DNA of 40,358 bases from Gemmatimonadota bacterium (GTDB lineage Bacteria; Gemmatimonadota; Gemmatimonadetes; Palauibacterales; KS3-K002), in contig JBDHHX010000002.1 in NCBI GenBank assembly GCA_039589155.1, forward strand, positions 1 to 40,358, in the 5' to 3' direction. Numbering within the stretch: position 1 is the first letter of the stretch; the number at the start of each line of letters is the position of its first letter. The notes beneath the pieces were generated by a model. The model had not been told where the DNA came from and did not search any database. It was given only the letters and a program-made list of their open reading frames with translations. Of the stretch, positions 33,055 through 40,358 are shown one piece after another. The position numbers and the translations under genes are program-made.

Positions 33055-34335
33055 ATGAGATTCACGAACTACGCCAAGTACTCCGGGCATCTACTGGAGT
33101 CCGTCAACCTCCAGGCGCTGCTCGACCAGCTCGCCGACTTCCTCCTGCAAAGCGGGTTCGCCGGTGGCCCGTACTACCACCCCTACTGGGGCGAGTTCGG
33201 GACCGACGAGCCGCAGGACAGCTTCGACGCTCTCAAGGAGGCCATCCTCCAGAAACTGCTCGAGATGGGCGAGGTCACGCCTGAGATGCTCAAGGCGTTG
33301 GCCGAGGAGCCGGACGAGGAAGGCGCCCGCCAGTTGGCGGAACTGCTGGACGAGATCGTCGAGAAGATGATCGAGGAAGGCTACCTATCGGCCGAGCAGG
33401 CTCCACAAATGCCGGGCGAGGGCCAACCGGTGACCGGCCCCGGCAGCCTGGGGCAGGGCGCCAGTCGGTCGATCAAGTTCAACCTGACGCAGAAGAGCCT
33501 CGACTTTCTCGGCTACAAGACGCTCAAGCATCTGCTTGGCTCGATCGGCAAGTCGAGCTTCGGCGCACACGAAACGGCGGAGCTCTCCACCGGCGTCGAG
33601 GCGGAGGCAGCGTCGAAGGAGTACGAGTTCGGCGACACGCTGAACCTGGACGTCCCGGCGACGCTGAAGAAGGCGATCGAGCGTGAAGGGCTGGGCGTCC
33701 CGATCAATCTCGAATACGGCGACCTGCACGTGCACCAGTCGGAGTACCGATCATCGTGCGCCACCGTGTTGATGCTCGACTGCTCTCACTCGATGATCCT
33801 CTACGGCGAAGACCGCTTCACGCCGGCGAAGAAGGTGGCGTTGGCTTTGGCCCACCTGATTCGCACTCAGTATGCGGGCGACACCCTGCGCGTCGTGCTA
33901 TTCCACGACAGCGCCGAAGAGATTCCGCTGGGCGAGCTCGCCCGCGCCCAGGTCGGACCCTACCACACCAACACGGCGGAGGGATTCCGCCTCGCTCGTC
34001 GGATCCTCATGGCGCAGAAGAAGGACATGCGGCAGATCATCATGATCACCGACGGCAAGCCATCGGCGATCACCGTGGCGCCGGGTCAGATCTATAAGAA
34101 CCCCATGGGTCTGGACGGCAGGATTCTGAAGGAGACGTTCCGCGAGGTGGGCCTCTGCCGACGCGCCGGAATACAGATCAACACCTTCATGCTGGCCCAG
34201 GACTATGCGCTGGTCGACTTCGTCAAGAGGATAACCGCATTGTGCCGCGGCAAAGCCTACTTCACATCGACGGTCACTCTCGGGCAGTACATCATGATGG
34301 ACTTCCTGCGCCGCAAGGTAAGGAAGGTGAAGTAG
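33055..34335 (+). CDS. VWA domain-containing protein (partner type of ChlI/MoxR-like ATPases)
   Basis: It has a MIDAS DxSxS motif (LMLDCSHSM), followed by RVVLFHD, TNTAEG and IIMITDGKPS. The N-terminal region is helical and acidic. Confidence 0.8.
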   Translation: MRFTNYAKYSGHLLESVNLQALLDQLADFLLQSGFAGGPYYHPYWGEFGTDEPQDSFDALKEAILQKLLEMGEVTPEMLKALAEEPDEEGARQLAELLDEIVEKMIEEGYLSAEQAPQMPGEGQPVTGPGSLGQGASRSIKFNLTQKSLDFLGYKTLKHLLGSIGKSSFGAHETAELSTGVEAEAASKEYEFGDTLNLDVPATLKKAIEREGLGVPINLEYGDLHVHQSEYRSSCATVLMLDCSHSMILYGEDRFTPAKKVALALAHLIRTQYAGDTLRVVLFHDSAEEIPLGELARAQVGPYHTNTAEGFRLARRILMAQKKDMRQIIMITDGKPSAITVAPGQIYKNPMGLDGRILKETFREVGLCRRAGIQINTFMLAQDYALVDFVKRITALCRGKAYFTSTVTLGQYIMMDFLRRKVRKVK

Positions 34336-34339
34336 AGCC

Positions 34340-34573
34340 GTGGCCGCCCGCCTTGCCGTCAGGGTACAGCCGCGAGCGTCGCGTACCGAGGTCGTCGGGG
34401 CTCACGGCGACGCTATCAAGATCCGTCTCGCAGCGCCGCCGGTCGACGGTGCGGCGAACGAGGAACTGATCGCTTTCCTGTCTAAGAAGCTGGGCGTCTC
34501 AAAGTCGGCGGTTCGGATTGTGAAGGGTGACCAGGGGCGTGACAAGCTCGTCGAGATCTCGGCGGAGATGTGA
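34340..34573 (+). CDS. yggU: DUF167 / YggU family protein
   Basis: The GTG start lies 4 nt after the VWA stop. The family pattern is present (VRVQPRASR..IKIRLAAPPVDGAANEELIAFLSKKLGVSKSAVRIVKG..GRDK). Confidence 0.8.
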   Translation: MAARLAVRVQPRASRTEVVGAHGDAIKIRLAAPPVDGAANEELIAFLSKKLGVSKSAVRIVKGDQGRDKLVEISAEM

Positions 34574-35280
34574 CGCCCCGTGCCGATCTCGAACTTGTGG
34601 GCCGACCGGCTGATGCGTGCCACCATGGCTTCGCGCTGTCCGCCCGACAGGTTGGACACGATTCGGCACTTCTCTATGTCGAGGATGTAGGCTTGCGGCT
34701 CGCCAGCGGGATCCGCGATCAGGATGTTCTTGAGATTGAGGTCGGGGTGCAGCACGCCGGTTCGGTGCAACGCGCCGATCAGGCGACCTGCGGCGGCCAG
34801 GGCGGAAGCGCGCTGCAGTGGATCGAGGTCGGGTTCGGCGAACAGGCAGTCCGCCAGATCGCGAGCGTTCCCAACCTCTTCCCGGGCCATTTCGCCGTGG
34901 TACGAAAAGCGAGAGGAATAGACAACGGCGGCGACCACGTTGGGCGTCAGGATTCCGAGCTGTTGGAGCTTTACCGATAGTTGTAGCTCGTTGAGCGGCC
35001 GCGGCTTGCCGCTCCTGAAGAAGCGCTTGCCGGTTATCGGCGCCAGCAAACCGCCATGGCTCAATTGGCGCACCACCCAACGCGGCGAGCCGGGGCCAGG
35101 AATGATGTACAGCTTTTGCCGACCCTGGATCGTCTCCGCATCGGGATGTCGCCTGGCGAAGTTGTACAGCGTACCCGCTGACTCGATCGCGTCTTGCACG
35201 AAAGCGACGGCGTCTTCACGGGCGACGACTCGGGCATCGCCGACTTGCGCGCTGCGGTATCCCTCCGGAACGGTCGTCAC
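34402..35280 (-). CDS. Lipopolysaccharide kinase family protein (Kdo kinase KdkA / WaaP-like)
   Basis: It has a catalytic loop (LHRTGVLHPDLNLKNILI) followed by ILDIEK. A GTGA overlap couples it to the upstream glycosyltransferase. The last ~57 codons run antisense through yggU and may be a non-functional tail. Confidence 0.7.
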   Translation of the reverse strand: MTTVPEGYRSAQVGDARVVAREDAVAFVQDAIESAGTLYNFARRHPDAETIQGRQKLYIIPGPGSPRWVVRQLSHGGLLAPITGKRFFRSGKPRPLNELQLSVKLQQLGILTPNVVAAVVYSSRFSYHGEMAREEVGNARDLADCLFAEPDLDPLQRASALAAAGRLIGALHRTGVLHPDLNLKNILIADPAGEPQAYILDIEKCRIVSNLSGGQREAMVARISRSAHKFEIGTGRHISAEISTSLSRPWSPFTIRTADFETPSFLDRKAISSSFAAPSTGGAARRILIASP

Positions 35281-36188
35281 TGTGAACGCTCCGCTCCCGT
35301 CCGCCAGGCGCCCGAATAACGCAGGGAGGATGTGAGAGTCCCGCCATCCAGGGTGGCAAGCTCCTGCTCACCATCTTTGCTCCACAACGTAAGGTGCAGA
35401 ATCCCGATGTCCCGATGCGGAAGGTAGGGCTCTACGAGTCGTTTTCGTGACGCGTCGTACTTGGGCGTGGCGCGGTGGGCCACCCAGTTGCAGGTGGCGG
35501 GTAGCAGCTCGACCGGCAGCCCCAGGCCGTGCGTGATGTATTCGAGAGTCAACTGGTCGAGGCCGCCGCGACGCGATCGCTGCAGCGCGAGCCCGTACTG
35601 TTCGCGCCAGACACTCCAGTGCGGCGCATCCGCCGCCAGCGCGAAGACACCGCCGTTCAGAGTCGGCGTGTCGATCAGCCGGTCGGCGACGTCCTTGCCG
35701 TAGATGTCCCTGTAGCGGCGCCAGCCGCCGGACGATATACGGTAGGGGATGCCCAGCACTCGCTCCACCTTGAGCTTCGTGTCGAAGGCGGGGTAGGCGC
35801 GATCCACCTCGGGCACCACGGCCAGCGCGCCCGTCGTCGCCGCCCGCACGAGAAGCTCGACGGCCGACCAGTCCTGCACCCAAGCGTCGGCGTCGATGTG
35901 AACGTAGACGTCATAGCCGGGGAAGTGATCCGGAAGGAAAGGCCGGCTGCGTAAGCCCTTCTTGTGTTCGGGCTCTTCGATCTCACCGGGCCGCCGAATA
36001 TCCCAGTCGGGCTTCACGATCGAAGCCGCGAACGGCGCCAGCCAACTCTTGTCTTCGTCAGAGAGCCCGACGTCGAGGATGCACAGGTCTACGCCCTCCG
36101 ACTCCGGCTTGTCGCGGATCGACTGTACCAGCTCCTGCAGGTACTCGAAGAAGCCGGAATCGGCGCTGGAAACGATGCATGTTCTCAT
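35277..36188 (-). CDS. Nucleotide-diphospho-sugar glycosyltransferase, GT8-like (LPS core hexosyltransferase-like)
   Basis: The pattern resembles GT8: CIVSSADSGFFEYLQELVQSI, LCILDVGLSDEDKSWL and a DxD-type motif (YVHIDADAWV). Confidence 0.55.
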   Translation of the reverse strand: MRTCIVSSADSGFFEYLQELVQSIRDKPESEGVDLCILDVGLSDEDKSWLAPFAASIVKPDWDIRRPGEIEEPEHKKGLRSRPFLPDHFPGYDVYVHIDADAWVQDWSAVELLVRAATTGALAVVPEVDRAYPAFDTKLKVERVLGIPYRISSGGWRRYRDIYGKDVADRLIDTPTLNGGVFALAADAPHWSVWREQYGLALQRSRRGGLDQLTLEYITHGLGLPVELLPATCNWVAHRATPKYDASRKRLVEPYLPHRDIGILHLTLWSKDGEQELATLDGGTLTSSLRYSGAWRTGAERSQ

Positions 36189-36275
36189 AGCTGGTCAGCC
36201 GGAAGCTAGGCCGACCTGTGGTGAGCGGCAATCTTCTTGCCGTTCTTCGATGCCCCGATCTACGTTAGTGGGGCC

Positions 36276-37250
36276 ATGCACTTTCGAAAGATCCTCGGGA
36301 TCAAGCTGCGCGAGATCGGAGATGCGGTGATTTGGACATCAGCGCTACAGTCTCTTCGTAGCGCGTTTCCGGATGCCAGTATCGATGTGCTCGTCAGAGA
36401 CAGCGTTGAGCCTGTTCTCGATCGCCAGCCATGGATCGATCGAGTTCACACCGTATCCCGCGAGACCTTTCCACTGGCGCGGCGGTTGCTTGCACTCAGG
36501 GCAGAGAAGTACGATCTGGCGCTGGGTTTCAGCGCCACCAACACGCTCTGTCGGCTCATTCCGCTACTCGGCGCTCCCCATCGCGTTTTGTACCACGTGA
36601 AGCGGAGCGGCGACCCGCGCTTCTCGACTTTCCCGCTGCCGGAGCTGCGGCAGAATGCCAACGCGATCGATCACGATCACCGTGTTGTACGCGCCCTTGG
36701 CGTCGAGGGAGAGCCGCCGCCGCCGACTCTCGTGCTGAGTGACGGCGAGCGAGTGAGCGCGCGCGACCGCTTGCTCTCTTTCTTTCCCGACCTCGGGTCG
36801 AGAGACATTGCACTCGTCGGGCTGCTTCCGGGCGCCAGGGCCGATGACAAAATTTACCCGAAGGATCTGTGGCTGCGCGTGCTCGACGGTATCGTCGAAG
36901 CGCGGCCCCGGGTCCCGGTGGCGGTACTCGTCGATCGGGACCTCTCGACTCTCTGGAACATGCGCCAGCTTTGCGAAGAGAGAAACGTCCCTCTCTTCGA
37001 TGACCTTGGCCTCCGCGAGCTCATGGAGATGTTGAGCTGGATGAGCGTCGTCGTCTGCAACGATTCCGGGCCCAAGCACATCGCGGTCGCTTTGGGCGCC
37101 CGGTCCGTGACGCTGTACGGCCCCACGAAAGTCGAGGAATGGCACCCCTACGACCTGACGCTTCACCCTGTCTTCAGGGAAACTGACATGCGCCAGATCG
37201 ATCCGGAGCAGGTGTGGCGAGTGACGAGCGAGCTGCTGGGCGGCATATGA
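36276..37250 (+). CDS. Glycosyltransferase family 9 (LPS heptosyltransferase-like)
   Basis: It has an N-terminal ILGIKLREIGDAVIWTSALQSLRSAFP motif and a C-terminal VVCNDSGPKHIAVALGARSVTLYGPT motif. I chose the start at ATG 36276; the ORF is open from 36237. Confidence 0.8.
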   Translation: MHFRKILGIKLREIGDAVIWTSALQSLRSAFPDASIDVLVRDSVEPVLDRQPWIDRVHTVSRETFPLARRLLALRAEKYDLALGFSATNTLCRLIPLLGAPHRVLYHVKRSGDPRFSTFPLPELRQNANAIDHDHRVVRALGVEGEPPPPTLVLSDGERVSARDRLLSFFPDLGSRDIALVGLLPGARADDKIYPKDLWLRVLDGIVEARPRVPVAVLVDRDLSTLWNMRQLCEERNVPLFDDLGLRELMEMLSWMSVVVCNDSGPKHIAVALGARSVTLYGPTKVEEWHPYDLTLHPVFRETDMRQIDPEQVWRVTSELLGGI

Positions 37251-38497
37251 CTGCACGAGTGCGTGACAGACGCTTATTGGTCTTTGCCATCGCAGCGCTC
37301 GTGATCGGAACGGCGCTACGACTGTCCTATCCCGCCGACATTGAATACAAGAGCGACGAGCGCTGGATGTTCGAGATGACGCAGCGGGTTGCCGCCGGTG
37401 AGGCATGGCCGGCCGTCGGCATGATCTCGTCCGAGAGAGTGGCGAACCCCGGGTTGAGCGTCTGGCTGTTCATCGGTTTGCAGAAACTCTCCGGTGCGGA
37501 GACGCCGGTGGGATTGGCGCGTGGCGTTCAACTGGTCAACATCCTTGCCCTCGCTCTTCTCTTTCTGTTCGTCTGGTGGGCAGTACCGGAAGGCGAGAGG
37601 CGGGGTTGGACGTGGGGTGCGTCGCTCGCCTGCGTCAGTCCCATTTCCGTGATCTTTCATCGCAAGATCTGGGCGCAATCACTCCTGCCGGTCTTCGGGA
37701 TGGTCTTCTTGATCGGCTGGTGGTACCGAGGTAGACATCGGTCCGCCGCCTTTGTCTGGGGGCTTGCCGGGGCGTTGCTCGGCCAGATCCACATGGCCGG
37801 CTTCTTCCTGACGGCCGCGGTTCTGGCGTGGACCGTGCTGTTCGATTCTAACAGGAAGAAGATCTCGTGGCCGTCATGGGTGCTGGGATCTGCAGCCGGC
37901 GCGGTCACGCTGATCCCGTGGCTGATCCAGGCGAGCGCCAGGTTGGGCGCGGCGCGGCCGGCCTACGATGTGTCATCCTGGTATCTCTTCAAGTGGTGGA
38001 ACTACTGGGTCAGCAACGCCGCCGGCCTCGTTCTGCAATCGCCGCTACGTGGCGCCTTCGCGTCGTTTCTCGAGTATCCCATCATCGGCGGCCGGCCGAC
38101 TTATTTGGTGGCGGCGTTGCACTTGATCCTTGTGGCGTGCGCTCTCTACGTGCCTTGGCTTCTCATCGGCGGCATCGCGAATAAGCGTGGAAGCTGGTTG
38201 ACGCTGTTCATTGGGAAGTCGTCCGACTCGTCGCTTCTGATGAGCTCCTACCTGTGGGGATGTGGTTTCTTGATGATGGTCGTGGGCGTCATAGCCGATC
38301 GCCACTACCTTCTTGTGGCTTTCCCGCTCGTCTACGTCTGGTTCGCTCGTGTCCTGGCCAGCGATTCACGGTGGGGAACGCGGGTATACGGCATCGCGTG
38401 GTCGGCCCAACTGCTCGTGACAGCACTGTTTCTCTATTACGTCCACGTCAACGGGGGCGTCCTGCTCGGCACCTATCGGGCCGCCTTCCCCCAGTGA
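37247..38497 (+). CDS. Polytopic membrane protein, GT-C-fold glycosyltransferase-like (ArnT/PMT-like) or polymerase/ligase-like
   Basis: An ATGA overlap couples it to the GT9 stop. It has at least 10 hydrophobic segments. An acidic motif (YKSDERWMFE) follows the first helix, as in GT-C enzymes. Confidence 0.5.
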   Translation: MTARVRDRRLLVFAIAALVIGTALRLSYPADIEYKSDERWMFEMTQRVAAGEAWPAVGMISSERVANPGLSVWLFIGLQKLSGAETPVGLARGVQLVNILALALLFLFVWWAVPEGERRGWTWGASLACVSPISVIFHRKIWAQSLLPVFGMVFLIGWWYRGRHRSAAFVWGLAGALLGQIHMAGFFLTAAVLAWTVLFDSNRKKISWPSWVLGSAAGAVTLIPWLIQASARLGAARPAYDVSSWYLFKWWNYWVSNAAGLVLQSPLRGAFASFLEYPIIGGRPTYLVAALHLILVACALYVPWLLIGGIANKRGSWLTLFIGKSSDSSLLMSSYLWGCGFLMMVVGVIADRHYLLVAFPLVYVWFARVLASDSRWGTRVYGIAWSAQLLVTALFLYYVHVNGGVLLGTYRAAFPQ

Positions 38498-39541
38498 GTG
38501 CTATCCGTGACGACTGATAGAATCATCGTCAGCAGGACCGATGCGATCGGCGACGTGGTGTTGACGCTGCCGATGCTCGGGAAGCTGCGGCAGCGCTATC
38601 CGTCATCGGAAATTCTGTTTCTCGGTCGCTCGTACACGCGGCCCATCGTCGAGTGCTGCGAGCACGTTGACGGGTTCTTGGTCTGGGATGAGGTGGCGGA
38701 GTCCGACAGGCGGACGCGCTCGGACTTCTTGAGAGCCCGCAACGCCGACGTCATCGTCCACGTCTATCCCCGTCACGCCATAGCCGCTGCAGCCCGGCGG
38801 GCGCGCATACCCAACCGCATCGGAACGTCTCATCGCTTCTACCATCTTTGGACCTGCAACCGGCTCGTCGGCTTGTCGCGGAGAAAGTCTCCGCTTCACG
38901 AGTCGCAGCTGAACGTGAAGTTGCTCGAGCCGCTTGGCTTGGAGACGATCCCCGGGTTGGACGAGATCCCGGCGCTCTATGGTCTCACGAGAGTCCCGAC
39001 GTTGCGGCCCGAGCTCGCCGCGCTGCTCGCCAATGACAGGCTGAACCTGATCGTCCATCCGATGACCGGCGGCAGCTCGAAGCGTTGGAGCTTGGAGAAC
39101 TACGATCGCTTGATACGGGCGTTGCCGCTGGAGAAGTGCGCGATCTTTGTGACCGGCACCGAGGCCGATGGAGAAGCTATCGCCGATGCGTTGCCGCTCG
39201 AGAAGTCGAACGTCACGTCACTGGTCGGCCGACTCGCGTTGTCGGACCTGGTCAGCTTCATCGGCTCCGCGGATGCCCTCGTCTGTGGCTCGACGGGGCC
39301 GCTCCACGTTGCCGCCGCCCTGGGCAAGTGCGCCATCGGGTTCTACATGCCGATCGGGATCGCGCATCCGCGCCGCTATGGCCCGGTGGGCGCAGATGTG
39401 CACCCGCTTCTCTACGATCCAGACTGCCACAGGTGCCGTGACGGTCTCGACTGTGGTTGCCTGCAGAGCATACCTACCTCCGCAGTCCTCGAGATACTGG
39501 AACCGCTCGCCGACTCAATCACCAGCTCACGGCGCGGCTAG
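38498..39541 (+). CDS. Glycosyltransferase family 9 (LPS heptosyltransferase-like), second copy
   Basis: The GTG directly abuts the upstream TGA. It has IIVSRTDAIGDVVLTLPMLGKLRQRYP and VCGSTGPLHVAAALGKCAIGFY motifs. Confidence 0.8.
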   Translation: MLSVTTDRIIVSRTDAIGDVVLTLPMLGKLRQRYPSSEILFLGRSYTRPIVECCEHVDGFLVWDEVAESDRRTRSDFLRARNADVIVHVYPRHAIAAAARRARIPNRIGTSHRFYHLWTCNRLVGLSRRKSPLHESQLNVKLLEPLGLETIPGLDEIPALYGLTRVPTLRPELAALLANDRLNLIVHPMTGGSSKRWSLENYDRLIRALPLEKCAIFVTGTEADGEAIADALPLEKSNVTSLVGRLALSDLVSFIGSADALVCGSTGPLHVAAALGKCAIGFYMPIGIAHPRRYGPVGADVHPLLYDPDCHRCRDGLDCGCLQSIPTSAVLEILEPLADSITSSRRG

Positions 39542-39565
39542 CTAGCGCTCCACCCCGTCGTCGTT

Positions 39566-39667
39566 GGTCGGGGTCGGGGGGACCGCTCGCTCCGGCCTCC
39601 CCGGCGCTCAACTTCGTAGAGCGCCGGGTCGCTAAAACCAGCTCCGCTCGGCGGTCCCCCCGACCCC
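39566..39667 (+). repeat. GC-rich nested-hairpin repeat, copy B of element E1
   Basis: It is the same sequence as 17885-17986 apart from the 9-nt apical loop (aacttcgta vs agctgcgcg) and a few stem-edge positions. The outer stem is fully paired in this copy. Confidence 0.85.
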
Positions 39668-39683
39668 TCCCTGTCGATGTGTG

Positions 39684-39811
39684 TTGACGCTATAGGTCGG
39701 GCACAACAGGGCCCTTGAGCGGACTTTGGAGCGCGGCTGCCCGTCCCCGCTGCCTGCCTGTCCCGCGCGATATGAAGCGAAGGGCCCTGTTGTGCCCGAC
39801 CGGCCCCGAGA
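39684..39811 (+). repeat. Structured repeat E2, copy B
   Basis: The stem 39695-39714 ggtcgggcacaacagggccc is the exact reverse complement of 39782-39801. The 67-nt core 39715-39781 is nearly identical to 18187-18253. An extra partial core end (gatatgaagcgagggcccc) recurs at 39810-39828. Confidence 0.85.
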
Positions 39812-39943
39812 TATGAAGCGAGGGCCCCACTCGTTACCGACCGGCCCCGCGGCGAGGCCCCCAATCGCACCCGACCGAAACCGCGCCATGGTCACGTTCG
39901 AAGTTGCGCGCGCGGGCTAGCCTTACGACAATACGACGCCACT

Positions 39944-40358
39944 ATGGCCACCAACGAGACCGCTACCCGAGCCAGTTTCGCCCGTGACCTGGGCCTGTTC
40001 GACGCCACGATGCTTGGCGTCGGCGCCATGATCGGTGCCGGGATCTTCGTCCTCACGGGCATCGCAGCCGGTGAGGCCGGTCCGGCCTCGATCTTGGCGT
40101 TCGCGCTCAACGGTGTGGTCACGCTGCTTACCGCCTTCGCCTACGTGGAGCTGGCGGCAGCCATGCCCGAGGCGGGCGGCGGCTACGCATTCGTTCGCCG
40201 CGCCTTCCCCGGCCTCGTCGGCTTCATCGCCGGCTGGATGCTGTGGTTCGCCTACACCGTCGCTTGCAGCCTCTACGCGCTCGGCTTCGCTGGCTACTTC
40301 TGGGAGTTCTTCCTCAAGTACATACCCGGGTTCGCAGGCGTCGCCTTCGGTTTGCTTG
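39944..40358 (+). CDS. APC-family amino acid permease, 3'-truncated at window edge
   Basis: An open frame runs from ATG 39944 to the window end and is absent from the ORF track because it has no stop. It reads MATNETATRASFARDLGLFDATMLGVGAMIGAGIFVLTG...AMPEAGGGYAFV, the typical APC N-terminal signature. Confidence 0.8.
   Translation, partial: MATNETATRASFARDLGLFDATMLGVGAMIGAGIFVLTGIAAGEAGPASILAFALNGVVTLLTAFAYVELAAAMPEAGGGYAFVRRAFPGLVGFIAGWMLWFAYTVACSLYALGFAGYFWEFFLKYIPGFAGVAFGLL

Overview
GC-rich bacterial chromosomal window, about two-thirds G+C by eye, with the long antisense ORFs typical of such DNA. The host is probably a diderm: the window carries a Kdo/LPS-kinase gene, heptosyltransferase core genes, a LapA-domain protein and lipobox proteins. 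Phylum cannot be assigned from sequence alone. I support 33 protein genes and found no rRNA, tRNA, CRISPR array, transposase or integrase.

Gene content, left to right:
- 1-17.8 kb: the 3' part of a 2-oxoacid dehydrogenase E2 gene; an FHA-FHA-TM-coiled-coil-trypsin-like protease; an S9 peptidase; DinB; a D-TA/D-serine-dehydratase-like PLP enzyme; an M48 lipoprotein protease; a TM2 protein; an M28-PA-PDZ peptidase; an S33 hydrolase/NUDIX/MBL operon; an MFS transporter; a ChlI/MoxR-like AAA+ ATPase; and a small HXXEE-like membrane protein.
- 18.5-29.4 kb: five translationally coupled genes. Three are paralogous soluble multi-GAF/PAS histidine kinases, the middle one a hybrid with two receiver (REC) domains. 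They are followed by a single-domain CheY-like regulator and a fusion of an H-box-only HisKA, a REC domain and a Ser/Thr kinase.
- 29.4-40.4 kb: a beta-propeller lipoprotein, mutY, dapF and lapA-like on the minus strand; then VWA and yggU; a five-gene LPS-core cluster; and the 5' end of an APC permease.

The most interesting candidate is the multi-kinase phosphorelay that ends in a eukaryotic-like Ser/Thr kinase.

Non-coding structure not explained by the genes:
1. A two-part GC-rich structured repeat occurs at 17.9-18.3 kb and again at 39.6-39.8 kb. Its second part has a conserved 67-nt core closed by a 20-bp stem. The stem sequence differs between the copies but is perfectly complementary in each.
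2. Several intergenic regions carry long, comparatively AT-enriched imperfect palindromes built from short tandem words, with a different word set at different loci.

All functional calls come from motif recognition by eye. No database search was run.
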